From a virus, in the IMG/VR virus record IMGVR_UViG_3300045988_076196, positions 32,242-96,241 of that record: DNA of 64,000 bases. One strand, 5' to 3'. Under the pieces are notes generated by a model. The model did not search any database. It saw only the letters and a program-made list of their open reading frames with translations, and was not told the DNA's origin. Shown one piece after another: positions 46,433 to 56,459 of this stretch. Position 1 is the first letter of the stretch, and each line of letters starts with the position of its first letter. The translations under genes were made by a program, and so were the position numbers.

Positions 46433-47569
46433 TTGGCAGATAAAAAGGAAACATTGCATCAAAAAACAAGTAGCGGCGCATATGATACATTGTATGTAAA
46501 TACGACCGCAACACGCACCTTTGTCAGCTCTAGCATTAACACTAAGCTAGGATTGACAAATGGCAACATTGACCAAGCTATAGCACGAGTTGTAAGCGAT
46601 TTGAAAAATACAGGTTTAATTCATATTCGTGTAACAGATAATAGCGGTATACCTATAGTAGGGGCTGTTATTACAGGATTAGAAAACACAGTTACAACTG
46701 GTGAAAACGGTGAGGTATTTGGGAAAATTGGCAATGCTACGTCTATGACCGTAACTCCGCCATATGCTGATTTTTTACCAAAAACAGTATCGCTTAGCAC
46801 CTATGTGTCATCTTTTAGTATTTTTGTTGTGAGACTCGATAGGATTGCAGATAATACAATAAATAGATATAGCAGCTCTACTACTCTAAGATTTTCAAAT
46901 AATGTTGCATCGGTTGACGTTTGTTGCGTAGCAGGCGGCGGCGCTGGAGGCGGATATACAGCATATAGCCAAAATGGTGGCGGTGGCGGTGGCGCTATTG
47001 TAAATTCTTATAATATTGCCGTCACTCCTGATACTGATTATCCGCTAATTGTTGGCTCTGGTGGCTTATATGAAAGAAGTGTAGGAACTGGTGGTGGCGG
47101 TTCAGCTTCTGCGGCAGATGGCGGTGAAACGTCATTTATGGGAGTAGTTGCGGCTGGTGGCAAAGGCGGTCAAGCTACTGCTGGCGGTGCGGCAGGTGCT
47201 GAAGGATGCGGCAATGGTGCTCATGCTGCGAATGGTGAAGCAAGCACTGTAGCAGAATTTGACGATACCAGTGCTGTACCACTACGATATTCAGGTGGAG
47301 GTGGCGGTGGATATTCAAGTAATGCCAACTTAAACCCACCACAAGAAATACCATACTATGCTGGTGGCGAACCAAACGGCGCAGATGGCGCAGCTGTAAG
47401 ATATATAATGGGTAGAGAAGAAACCAGAGTCGCTAGTGTAGCCAGTATTGGCGGTGGTGGAGGCGGCATGGCTGTTAGTCCAGCCAGTTCATCTACTAGT
47501 ATTAGAACAATAATTGACGGCTCATCTGGTGGTAACGGTATAGTTGCAGTTCGCATTCATTTTAAGTAA
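46433..47569 (+). CDS. glycine-rich tail fibre / receptor-binding candidate, paralog A
   Basis: TTG-GCA-GAT-AAA start; runs of GGGGG; C-terminus GGNGIVAVRIHFK. Confidence 0.55.
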   Translation: MADKKETLHQKTSSGAYDTLYVNTTATRTFVSSSINTKLGLTNGNIDQAIARVVSDLKNTGLIHIRVTDNSGIPIVGAVITGLENTVTTGENGEVFGKIGNATSMTVTPPYADFLPKTVSLSTYVSSFSIFVVRLDRIADNTINRYSSSTTLRFSNNVASVDVCCVAGGGAGGGYTAYSQNGGGGGGAIVNSYNIAVTPDTDYPLIVGSGGLYERSVGTGGGGSASAADGGETSFMGVVAAGGKGGQATAGGAAGAEGCGNGAHAANGEASTVAEFDDTSAVPLRYSGGGGGGYSSNANLNPPQEIPYYAGGEPNGADGAAVRYIMGREETRVASVASIGGGGGGMAVSPASSSTSIRTIIDGSSGGNGIVAVRIHFK

Positions 47570-47586
47570 AGGAGGGCTGATGAATA

Positions 47587-48765
47587 TTGGCAGATAAAAA
47601 TATTACAATTCGACAATTGAATAATGATGAAAATTATGACAAATTATATCCTACGACTATAGCTGAGCAGTTAAAACTCAGTGCTAATACATCAGCTCTA
47701 TTTGGCACATCTGTTAAGGATGCCGATGCCGCAATGGGTGTAATATGCGACCAGCTTGCAGATTTGAAATTTGTAACGATTAAAGTTGTAGACCGCACAG
47801 GAAATGGGTTGGCGGGCGTTCCTATTCAGGGGCTTGCTGGCACACCCAAGACAGGTAATGACGGTACGGTTCGAGGCGTATGGATTAGTGACCCTGTTAC
47901 AGCTGTATCACCTTATGTTGATTTGGCTAGTATATCTGATAACGCAGAATCATATGCTGGCACATTTAATGTGTTAACGCTTACATTGCCTTCTCTTTCC
48001 AATAATACAACTATTGATTATAAATCATCTACTACAGTCAGATTCAGCCGTAATGTAAAGAACATAGATGTATGTTGTGTTGGCGGAGGCGGTGGCGGTG
48101 TTTTACCATCTGATTCTACAGGCTCTCTTGGCGGAGGTGCAGGTACTGGTGGTGGCGGTGCTGGCATCGTAAATGCTATCGGCTATTATCCTCCAATTAA
48201 CACTGATATCTCAATTATAGTTGGCACTGGTGGAGCAGTGGAAACCGCTTGGTATTATCTTAAAAATAGCGGTGTTCGTGCTGGTAATTCAAGTTTTGGT
48301 GATATTGTCGCATATGGCGGCACTAGTGGCTATTATACAGAAGTTGGAACTGGTAGATTTATATACCATGGTGGTGTTGAGGGAAGTTCTGGGTCTGGCA
48401 ATGGCGGCGGATTTAGTTCTACTGTTGTCACTGAAGAGGATGGTAACGGCAAGGCAAACACCACTCTTTCAAAATTTAATGAAGGCGTAACATTCTATTC
48501 TGGCGGTGGCGGTATAGGCTATTATAATCCTGTTCAAGATGCATATGGACAAGAATATTATCAGAGTTTTTCAGGCGGAAAGCCGAATGGCGCAGATGGT
48601 GGCGAAGTTCGTAAAAGATCTGGTACAGGCTATGATGTAACTGATGCAACAAAAGCTGGTATCGGTGGCGGTGGTGGTGGAGGCTATTATCATACTTCCA
48701 CAGATTATGCAAATGCATCTGCTGGTGGTCAAGGGCTAGTATCTATCCGCATTCACTTATATTGA
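47587..48765 (+). CDS. glycine-rich tail fibre / receptor-binding candidate, paralog B
   Basis: same TTG-GCA-GAT-AAA start; same architecture; C-terminus GGQGLVSIRIHLY. Confidence 0.55.
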   Translation: MADKNITIRQLNNDENYDKLYPTTIAEQLKLSANTSALFGTSVKDADAAMGVICDQLADLKFVTIKVVDRTGNGLAGVPIQGLAGTPKTGNDGTVRGVWISDPVTAVSPYVDLASISDNAESYAGTFNVLTLTLPSLSNNTTIDYKSSTTVRFSRNVKNIDVCCVGGGGGGVLPSDSTGSLGGGAGTGGGGAGIVNAIGYYPPINTDISIIVGTGGAVETAWYYLKNSGVRAGNSSFGDIVAYGGTSGYYTEVGTGRFIYHGGVEGSSGSGNGGGFSSTVVTEEDGNGKANTTLSKFNEGVTFYSGGGGIGYYNPVQDAYGQEYYQSFSGGKPNGADGGEVRKRSGTGYDVTDATKAGIGGGGGGGYYHTSTDYANASAGGQGLVSIRIHLY

Positions 48766-48782
48766 TAATGAGGTAATATGAT

Positions 48783-48995
48783 ATGAAATATTGTATTGTA
48801 GAAAATGGTATTGTAACAAATATTATCCTATGTGATAATGAAGAATCAGCAAATAAATTAGGAGCGGTGGCATATTACGATGGGGCAAAAATCGGCTCAA
48901 AATATGACCCATATAATTATTATGCTCTACAGGAATTACGCCAAAAGGTAGCCGACCAAGAGGAATTGATTGGGCTACTAACTGGCACAGTATAA
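48783..48995 (+). CDS. hypothetical 70-aa protein
   Basis: ORF with a GAGG RBS. Confidence 0.5.
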   Translation: MKYCIVENGIVTNIILCDNEESANKLGAVAYYDGAKIGSKYDPYNYYALQELRQKVADQEELIGLLTGTV

Positions 48996-49018
48996 AAATG
49001 GATTAGGAGGAATAATAA

Positions 49019-49348
49019 ATGAGTGCAGAACAAATTGTTAATCTAATTGTAGCGGTATTGGCTGGTCTAGCTACGTGTATTCCACTTGCTATGAAGCTGA
49101 TACAGTATGTCAAGAAGGCAACTCAAGAAAAGAATTGGGCTGGCTTGCTTGACCTAGTTATGAAGCTAATGGAACAAGCTGAAAAGAAATTTGCTGATGG
49201 CGCGACCCGTAAAGAATGGGTCATGGCTATGGTTCAGACTAGCGCAGAATATGTACAGTATCCAATGGACGTTCAGGCTCTTAGTGACATGATTGACCAG
49301 TTGACCAATTTGACTAAGAATGTCAACGTAAAGAAGGAGAGTAAGTAA
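49019..49348 (+). CDS. holin (LL-H-like, one N-terminal transmembrane segment)
   Basis: IVNLIVAVLAGLATCIPLAM transmembrane segment, then a charged helical tail; immediately upstream of the lysin. Confidence 0.55.
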   Translation: MSAEQIVNLIVAVLAGLATCIPLAMKLIQYVKKATQEKNWAGLLDLVMKLMEQAEKKFADGATRKEWVMAMVQTSAEYVQYPMDVQALSDMIDQLTNLTKNVNVKKESK

Positions 49349-50040
49349 TGGGCATTATGACCAATCTTGAACTTGCAAAGAAGCATGAGGAAGTAGCTAA
49401 GAAATATAAGACGATTTATGCTTGGGGCTGTTTTGGTATGCCATGCACTCAGCAGATTCTAAATGAGAAGAAGGCGCAATATCCAGATTGGTACACTAGC
49501 CGTTGGAATATGTATCAGCAGAAAGTTGGTACAGGCACATTTCTGTTTGACTGCGTGAATCTTACGAAGGGTATTTTGTGGGGCTGGAATGGTAATAAGA
49601 ATGCTTATTATGGTGGAGCAAGATATGCCGCAAATGGTGTACCTGATGTAAGCGCAGATGGTATGATTGCCAAATGCAAAAACGTGTCCAACACAAATTG
49701 GGATAAGATGGCTATTGGTGAAGGATTGTGGTTGCCGGGGCATTGGGGTCTATATATTGGCAATGGTCTAGCTGTGGAATGTACGCCAGCATGGAATAAC
49801 TGTGTTCAAATTACGGCTGTTGGCAATATTGGCGCAAAGGCTGGTTATCCAACTAGAAAATGGCAGAAGCATGGTAAGCTACCTTGGATTGATTATGTAG
49901 AATCCGAAGACGATAAGGAACATGCTGCAAATAAAGCCAAAGTAAAGAGCCGCTTTGGATTTGACGATAAGACAATCGAGTTCCTAGATGGCTACAAATG
50001 GAATAAGGCGCTAATGGAAAAATTAGCGACCAAGCCATGA
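49348..50040 (+). CDS. endolysin candidate (NlpC/P60- or CHAP-like cysteine peptidase)
   Basis: FDCVNLTKGILWGW (Cys) and GHWGLYIGNGLAVEC (His); flanked by holin-like genes. Confidence 0.5.
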   Translation: MGIMTNLELAKKHEEVAKKYKTIYAWGCFGMPCTQQILNEKKAQYPDWYTSRWNMYQQKVGTGTFLFDCVNLTKGILWGWNGNKNAYYGGARYAANGVPDVSADGMIAKCKNVSNTNWDKMAIGEGLWLPGHWGLYIGNGLAVECTPAWNNCVQITAVGNIGAKAGYPTRKWQKHGKLPWIDYVESEDDKEHAANKAKVKSRFGFDDKTIEFLDGYKWNKALMEKLATKP

Positions 50041-50294
50041 TGAGGCTTAGTTATAAGCGAAGATGGAGTAAAGGGCAGATGAGCAAAACAATCGTTCTGT
50101 ACTGCATTAGGGCAATTACCCTAATTGCAGTATGGGCGGTTGCCGTAAAGACATATGCTGTGTTCAAATGGGGTGCAACTGATATTAGTGATGTACTGAT
50201 ATTCTCTGCAACAGCATTTGGTGGTGAATTGCTCTTACTGGCCTTTAAGCGCGTCTTTGCTAAGAAGAATGAAAATCCAGATGATTACAATTAA
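50037..50294 (+). CDS. two-transmembrane holin / antiholin-like protein
   Basis: two hydrophobic helices (IVLYCIRAITLIAVWAVAV, VLIFSATAFGGELLLLAF). Confidence 0.45.
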   Translation: MMRLSYKRRWSKGQMSKTIVLYCIRAITLIAVWAVAVKTYAVFKWGATDISDVLIFSATAFGGELLLLAFKRVFAKKNENPDDYN

Positions 50295-50310
50295 ATAAAT
50301 AAGAAAGGAG

Positions 50311-51021
50311 TTGGTAGAGGTGAATATAACATTAACTGGTACTAAAGTATCTCTTGATACACATACTCTTGCGTTTGCAAAGAATAATCTTGTTAATGAA
50401 ATTATATGCACTGTAGACACCGATGAGTCATGGACTTATAGAATTGATGTCCTATACTCACAAACAGATTGCTCCGGAAATCCGTTGTATAATATTATCA
50501 ATTTGAATAGAACGGGCAATGTATGCTCTGCACTACTCACAATTGCTATGTTGCCATTTAGCGGCAAATATACTATGCAGTTGCGTAGCATAAAAGACCA
50601 ACAGATATATCATAGTGATATTTTTGAAGTGTGGGTTAAGTATAGTATTGACCCTAGTAACGTATATGACCCAGTTCCTAGCGAATTTTATCAAATTGAA
50701 GATAATATTATTGAGATAAACAATCATCCTCCTTATCCTGATATTAGTGGATTCTGGATGATATGGGATCCAACTACGCATCAATACGAGCTTAGTACAA
50801 TTCCGGTTCCTACTGAAGCTGGTGGAGATAAGACATATATTCATAAGCAGGTCATTGCCTCTAACACATGGGAAATTACGCATAATTTATATAAATATCC
50901 ATCTGTATCTGTTGTGGATACAGGTGGCAATGTTGTGATTGGTGATGTGGAATATACCAGCTTGAATACATTGGTAATAACATTTACAGCTCCATTCAGC
51001 GGAACGGCGTATCTTAATTGA
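50311..51021 (+). CDS. hypothetical structural protein
   Basis: 236-aa ORF; start may be GTG 50320. Confidence 0.5.
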   Translation: MVEVNITLTGTKVSLDTHTLAFAKNNLVNEIICTVDTDESWTYRIDVLYSQTDCSGNPLYNIINLNRTGNVCSALLTIAMLPFSGKYTMQLRSIKDQQIYHSDIFEVWVKYSIDPSNVYDPVPSEFYQIEDNIIEINNHPPYPDISGFWMIWDPTTHQYELSTIPVPTEAGGDKTYIHKQVIASNTWEITHNLYKYPSVSVVDTGGNVVIGDVEYTSLNTLVITFTAPFSGTAYLN

Positions 51022-51045
51022 TATAAATAAGGAGGACAATATTTT

Positions 51046-52740
51046 ATGCAATTTTTAACTAATCTAAATCTTTTGTCCAATGAATTACAAAATGCAGTCA
51101 TTCAGGTATTGGCTACAGACCCAACTAATAGCAAAATTGGACAAATTTATTATAACAGTGCAGATAAGGCACTAATGCAATATGATGGCACACAATGGAA
51201 AAAAGTAGGCGTTGTGTATCAGCAAGGCTCTACTACTGGTGCTGTCATTACTGGACTTGATGATACTGGTAATGTAACCACCACAAACGTTGTAGGGCTT
51301 ACCCTAAATGGGTATGAGCCTGTTGAAGGCGGCTATGTTTCTGATAAGATGGCGCTAGGCGCGGCAATCAAAGCCCTAGATACAGCTGTTCAAAATGCTG
51401 TAGCTGGTGGTGGTGAAGTTAACCAAAACGCATGGAGCAATATCAGCGTTAAGAAACAAAGCACGGCTACTACAGCTGTTACAGGGGCTACGGCTGATAC
51501 TACGATTCAGGCTAGTACTAAGACTGATACATTTGCTGTTGCATCTGGTAACAAGTGGGTCGATATTGGCTCTGATGATAAGCAAATTAATATTGGGCAT
51601 AGCTTGAGCGGCGTTACAGCTGGTACTACAGGTGCGGCCAATTCTGTCCCTGCTATTACAGTGGATGCGGCTGGTCATATTACTAAGGTAGAGGCTAAGA
51701 CAATTACCCCAGCAGCTATTGGTGCAGCTACCACAGCACAAGCAGAGGCGGCACAGAATGCGGCTGAAGCGGCACAAGCTAGTGCTGATGCGAAGGTGGC
51801 ATCTGTTGGTGCTGCTTCTAACGGTGGTATTGCTGTTGGTGGAACTGCTACTGCACCCACTGTTGGCATCAAGCTAGATCCAGCAACAGGAAATGCAGCT
51901 ACCCTAGGTGCAGCTGGCCTTATGGTTACTATCCCAGAAGTGAAAGTACCAGTATATGATATTGTAAAAGATGCTGATAGCGGCGATTATGCGGCTATTT
52001 ATCATCTGACAAAAGATGGCGTTAACACTGGCGCAGCAATCAATATCCCAAAAGACCTGTTTGTTAAATCAGGTGAAATTGTGGATAATCCTGCTGGTCA
52101 ACCAGCGGGTAAATATATTGAGCTAACCCTACAAAATCAGACTGAGCCAATTTATATCAACGTAGCTGACCTAGTTGATGCTTATACGGCTGGCAATGGT
52201 ATTACTATCAGTGCGACCAATGAAGTATCCGCAAAGGTTGTTGCGGCTAATGGTCTATCTGTTGGTGCATCTGGTATTGCTATGGGGCTTGCATCTGCCG
52301 ACGCAAACGGTGCAATGTCTAGTGACCAGTTTACTAAACTAGCAGGTATTGATGAAGGCGCAACAGCTGATACCATTACGCTCAATGGCACAGCAACTAA
52401 AACTCCTAGCTTCTATGCTCCAATTGCGGCTGGCACTAATGGGCAGCATCTAGTATCTACTGGAACAGGTGCGCCTACTTGGCAGGATATGCCTACTATT
52501 CTTAAGAAATATACGGCTACTAATGGCGCTCTTACAGCAACTGGCGGCGCATTTACTTGGAATATTCCTGCGACAACTCATGGTGTCACAACCCCTGCTA
52601 CTGTTCAGCTATTTGAGGTTGCCAGCAATGAACAAGTAATTGCTAATGTGGCGATTGCTGAGAATGGCAACGTGACAATTACAATTAACGGGAATGGCTC
52701 TCTTGCCGCTGATACATATAGAGCAGTAATTATTGGGTGA
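51046..52740 (+). CDS. tail fibre protein
   Basis: N-terminus ...VLATDPTNSKIGQIYYNSADKALMQYDGTQWKKVG is a common fibre N-terminal motif; Ala/Gly/Thr-rich shaft. Confidence 0.65.
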   Translation: MQFLTNLNLLSNELQNAVIQVLATDPTNSKIGQIYYNSADKALMQYDGTQWKKVGVVYQQGSTTGAVITGLDDTGNVTTTNVVGLTLNGYEPVEGGYVSDKMALGAAIKALDTAVQNAVAGGGEVNQNAWSNISVKKQSTATTAVTGATADTTIQASTKTDTFAVASGNKWVDIGSDDKQINIGHSLSGVTAGTTGAANSVPAITVDAAGHITKVEAKTITPAAIGAATTAQAEAAQNAAEAAQASADAKVASVGAASNGGIAVGGTATAPTVGIKLDPATGNAATLGAAGLMVTIPEVKVPVYDIVKDADSGDYAAIYHLTKDGVNTGAAINIPKDLFVKSGEIVDNPAGQPAGKYIELTLQNQTEPIYINVADLVDAYTAGNGITISATNEVSAKVVAANGLSVGASGIAMGLASADANGAMSSDQFTKLAGIDEGATADTITLNGTATKTPSFYAPIAAGTNGQHLVSTGTGAPTWQDMPTILKKYTATNGALTATGGAFTWNIPATTHGVTTPATVQLFEVASNEQVIANVAIAENGNVTITINGNGSLAADTYRAVIIG

Positions 52741-52755
52741 TGGAGGTGCTAACCA

Positions 52756-53979
52756 ATGAAATATGTTGGCACCTATAGCGACCCTAAAGATATTGTTACT
52801 AAAGATAAGCTAGAAGCTGTAGCATCTAGGGTTTCAACCAATGAGGATAATATCGCTATGGCTGAAAGTGATATAGAGGGGCTACAGACTAGTGTAGGCA
52901 CATTACAGACAAATGTAGGAAATATCCAAACAGCTCTAACTAGCAAACAAGATACTGTAGTAGGTGCGGCTAGTACAATTACTGAGGATAATTTAACTGC
53001 AAGTCGCGTATTGGTATCTAATTCATCTGGTAAGGTAGCTGTATCTGATGTGACCTCAACCGAGCTTGGCTATCTTGATGGCGTAACAAGTAATGTACAG
53101 ACACAATTAAGTGGTAAACAACCAACTATATCCGTGTCCGGTATTCTTAAAGGGACAGGCAATGGAAATATAGAAGCGGCAGTGGCTGGCACAGATTATC
53201 TCGCCGAATCTGACCTGTACATCTGTACAGTTACTGCATCCGGCACGAGCTATACTGCTGATAAGACGCCGATAGAACTGCTGACAGCTTCGAGAGCTGG
53301 AAAACTCGTAGTAGCTAAGCTCAATGAAGCTGTATATTTTTTCGATGGCGGTAATTCTCAAATGGCGCTGTTTACGCGGGTACAAGATGCGAATGTTTAT
53401 GGTCTGCGAGTTACAATTGGTGGAACGGTAATCTTAGCAACGACCAAATTGCAAGAAGCCGCACTTATCACCAACCTTGAAGCTAATAAGGATAATAACA
53501 CATCTTATCCATCTGCAAAAGCTGTCTATGATGCAATTCCTCATCCTGATACTAAAACAGACGCTCAAACACAAGCAGTTGGTGTTGATACAGATGGTAA
53601 GTTGTGGACAAATGCCTCACCGGTTATAAGCGTTAATAGCAAAACAGGCGTAGTTCAGCTCAATGCTAGTGACGTTGGGGCGCTTTCTGATACTACTGTT
53701 GTCCCAAGTAAAACAAGTCAACTTGATAATGATAGTGGGTTTATTACATCTGCTCCTGTAACAAGTGTCAATGGGCAGACAGGCGCGGTTACACTTACAA
53801 AGAGCGATGTAGGACTGAGCAACGTCGATAACGTATCCGTAAACGCCCGCCTGAACCGTACAACGAACGTCGCTACGGACGACGCGAATTATACAAACTA
53901 CATGGCCCGTGGCGAGGCATTATTTTCTTATGAACATATTCCATCTGTTAATGGAACTATTGCATGGCAATATGAGTGA
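52756..53979 (+). CDS. tail fibre protein
   Basis: coiled-coil N-terminus; SAKAVYDAI and GVVQLNASDVGA fibre-type repeats. Confidence 0.6.
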   Translation: MKYVGTYSDPKDIVTKDKLEAVASRVSTNEDNIAMAESDIEGLQTSVGTLQTNVGNIQTALTSKQDTVVGAASTITEDNLTASRVLVSNSSGKVAVSDVTSTELGYLDGVTSNVQTQLSGKQPTISVSGILKGTGNGNIEAAVAGTDYLAESDLYICTVTASGTSYTADKTPIELLTASRAGKLVVAKLNEAVYFFDGGNSQMALFTRVQDANVYGLRVTIGGTVILATTKLQEAALITNLEANKDNNTSYPSAKAVYDAIPHPDTKTDAQTQAVGVDTDGKLWTNASPVISVNSKTGVVQLNASDVGALSDTTVVPSKTSQLDNDSGFITSAPVTSVNGQTGAVTLTKSDVGLSNVDNVSVNARLNRTTNVATDDANYTNYMARGEALFSYEHIPSVNGTIAWQYE

Positions 53980-53988
53980 GGTGGCAAT

Positions 53989-54750
53989 ATGGCTGAAACA
54001 TGGGTATTAAATACAAGTGTTACATTCTCGTCTTCTGTTGATACTGAAATAAACTTCACATCAAATGGGACTGCTTTTGTATACTTCAGGGTAGGCCTTC
54101 CAGAAGTATATTATTGCACTTCGACAAATCCGTTTTCTGGTTATGTAACTGTTTATAATCGAAATAGTGGCTGGGTAAACGAGGCTTATCGCACTGTTGT
54201 ATTTGATACTGCACCGACTGGCAATCTTCTGATATGGTTACAAGCCAATGGCACTAAGCAAGTCGACCCTGAACCAACGACACCTAAGCATGCTTGTTTA
54301 ATAGATGGTACAGGATATTCTATTAAGCGGGGGAAGGTGTCAATTGGTGGTACTGGGTACGATATCAAAAATGGAAAAGCATTGGTCGATGGCACAGCAT
54401 ACGATATCCCATTCACACCGAAATCATATGTTGTTACAGTAACATTAAGTAGCTATACTCACGTTATATATAATGACACACTCTATAGCTACGATACGGT
54501 TCTTTACGTCGCTCCGGGGGATTCGGTGCGATGTGTGGTTAGTGCTGCACTGCGATACGGTATGACTGACGTAGCCGTTAGAGTAAACGGAACTAAGGTT
54601 AAGACATCAAGTTTTGCGGGGCCTCCCCCACATAATCTGCCTCAATATAGTTATTACTACGATTTTACGCCTGAATCTGATGCAACAATCACAGGAACGA
54701 CAGTAGGGGGCGGTAACAGCAGTCACGGGGAAATTGATATTACAACGTAA
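53989..54750 (+). CDS. hypothetical protein (fibre module)
   Basis: 253-aa ORF with a GAGGTGG RBS. Confidence 0.5.
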   Translation: MAETWVLNTSVTFSSSVDTEINFTSNGTAFVYFRVGLPEVYYCTSTNPFSGYVTVYNRNSGWVNEAYRTVVFDTAPTGNLLIWLQANGTKQVDPEPTTPKHACLIDGTGYSIKRGKVSIGGTGYDIKNGKALVDGTAYDIPFTPKSYVVTVTLSSYTHVIYNDTLYSYDTVLYVAPGDSVRCVVSAALRYGMTDVAVRVNGTKVKTSSFAGPPPHNLPQYSYYYDFTPESDATITGTTVGGGNSSHGEIDITT

Positions 54751-54764
54751 AACAGGAGGCAAAA

Positions 54765-55157
54765 ATGACCTATTTCAAAGCAAACAATATAGAACATTTA
54801 GCTAATATAATTGGCAAAAGAGCAGATGGCGATTGGGACAACCGCGAATCCAAAGCGATTACGCTTGAAATGACATATGCAGAGGCCGCACAGCTCTTTG
54901 TCGATGGCCTGAGCTGGTTTATTGTTCAGAGGGATACTGTGCCAGTTTATGACGAGAGCGGAAATCCAACCAGCGAAACGACTGAACAGGTGCAGGAATG
55001 GGACAATTCTGATTACAATGTAGCTGGCTCTATTACAGACAATAGAAATGGCACTTGTACTTGTAAAATGGGTAAAAAGACTCGGCTTGAAACAGAGCAA
55101 GAATTGAGAAAAGATGCTGAAACAGCCGCCAAGATTCTATTAGGAGAAGAAGCATGA
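54765..55157 (+). CDS. hypothetical protein
   Basis: 130-aa ORF with a CAGGAGG RBS. Confidence 0.5.
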   Translation: MTYFKANNIEHLANIIGKRADGDWDNRESKAITLEMTYAEAAQLFVDGLSWFIVQRDTVPVYDESGNPTSETTEQVQEWDNSDYNVAGSITDNRNGTCTCKMGKKTRLETEQELRKDAETAAKILLGEEA

Positions 55158-55552
55158 CATATACAGAAAGGGCTAGAGCATTACGCCCATACATTGAAAA
55201 AGCGGCCATCAGCCTAACTGATGAAGATGCACTACAGGCAGTAGAGCTATTTCCACAATGGGTAGTTGGACACGCTTATGTGGTGGACGAACGGCTACAA
55301 TATAAGAATGTGCTATATCGTGTGGTTCAAGCGCATACCTCACAGAGCGATTGGACACCTGATATTACACCAGCGATGTTTGTGGTCGTATCACTAGATG
55401 AATGGCCTGAATTTGTACAACCTACTGGCGCGCATGATGCGTATAAAAAGGGTGATAAGATTACATTTGAGGGTAAGCATTATATTAGCTTAATCGACGG
55501 AAATGTATATTCTCCAACAGCATATCCGGCTGGTTGGCAAGAACAGGCGTAA
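55154..55552 (+). CDS. carbohydrate-binding (CBM5/12-like) protein, paralog of 41421..42083
   Basis: EFVQPTGAHDAYKKGDKITFEGKHYISLIDGNVYSPTAYPAGW versus DFVQPTGAHDAYKKGDKVRFEGKIYESLIDANTYSPSAYPDGW. Confidence 0.55.
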   Translation: MTYTERARALRPYIEKAAISLTDEDALQAVELFPQWVVGHAYVVDERLQYKNVLYRVVQAHTSQSDWTPDITPAMFVVVSLDEWPEFVQPTGAHDAYKKGDKITFEGKHYISLIDGNVYSPTAYPAGWQEQA

Positions 55553-55560
55553 ACGAAATG

Positions 55561-55605
55561 ATATCCTCTATGGCTCGTATTGGGTTATAGAGGATAAATT
55601 TTAAT
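55561..55605 (+). terminator. hairpin terminator
   Basis: tatcctctat-14 nt-atagaggata followed by aattttaat. Confidence 0.5.
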
Positions 55606-55626
55606 CTAATTAGGATGTGATAATAT

Positions 55627-56439
55627 ATGGCAACAATCAGAGCCGCAGATGGTGGCTATCTATTAAATTCAGACCAATTTAATTATACCAAAGATGCGCA
55701 GGGTCGACCCGTGCTTAATGTGAAAGGCTTGACAGGTGTTGTTGGTGCGTCAGGCGATTTCAAGTCAGATGGCACAGTGCCAATGAGCGGCAACTTATAT
55801 ATGAATGGTAATAACATCATGGGTGTTAAATCCATTAGTAATACAGATAGCGGCATGGCTATTGAATCAGAGGTCAGCTTGAATAATCATAAAATCACTG
55901 ACCTGCTTGACCCAACTGCTGACCAAGATGCGGCGACTAAGGCATATGTAGATGGACATAGTCTACTTGGTGACGATGGCATGGTTGATAGCGACCTAAA
56001 TATGAATGAGCATGGTATTGTCAATGCGCATAGAATCAGTACGGACGGTCCAGCTCCATTATATATTGGCTCAACTATTGAGCCAACAGGCACAACTGCG
56101 CCTAGATTGACTGGCTCTAATGATGGTACAGCGGCATTCGTCAAGGCTGATACACAGGCTACTTATGTGCCTGTCAGTGTAGGTGCGCCAACATCAACAA
56201 ATCATGCTACTACTAAAGAATATGTAGATGGCAAGACAGGTGCAATTCAAGCTAGTGCAATCCTTAAATCAGGCGGCACTATGGTAGGCAAGCTCAAACT
56301 AACTGCTGAACCAACTGAGGACAATGATGCAGTTGATAAGGGGTATGTTGATGCTATTCTACCAGCATTTACGGCTGCTGATGATGGCAAGGTGCTAGGC
56401 ATTGTAAACGGCGCATTAGCATGGGTTGCTAAAGCATAA
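55627..56439 (+). CDS. tail fibre / receptor-binding-like protein
   Basis: three copies of the fibre motif (DAATKAYVDG, HATTKEYVDG, DAVDKGYVDA). Confidence 0.55.
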   Translation: MATIRAADGGYLLNSDQFNYTKDAQGRPVLNVKGLTGVVGASGDFKSDGTVPMSGNLYMNGNNIMGVKSISNTDSGMAIESEVSLNNHKITDLLDPTADQDAATKAYVDGHSLLGDDGMVDSDLNMNEHGIVNAHRISTDGPAPLYIGSTIEPTGTTAPRLTGSNDGTAAFVKADTQATYVPVSVGAPTSTNHATTKEYVDGKTGAIQASAILKSGGTMVGKLKLTAEPTEDNDAVDKGYVDAILPAFTAADDGKVLGIVNGALAWVAKA

Positions 56440-56459
56440 TATAGAGAGGAGAATGAAAT

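Noticed and set aside
47175-48718. Antisense and alternative-frame ORFs within the glycine-rich genes, and similar ones in the fibre genes (51376..51872, 52182..52391)
   Set aside because: These are artefacts of GGN/GCN repeat composition, with no start signals.
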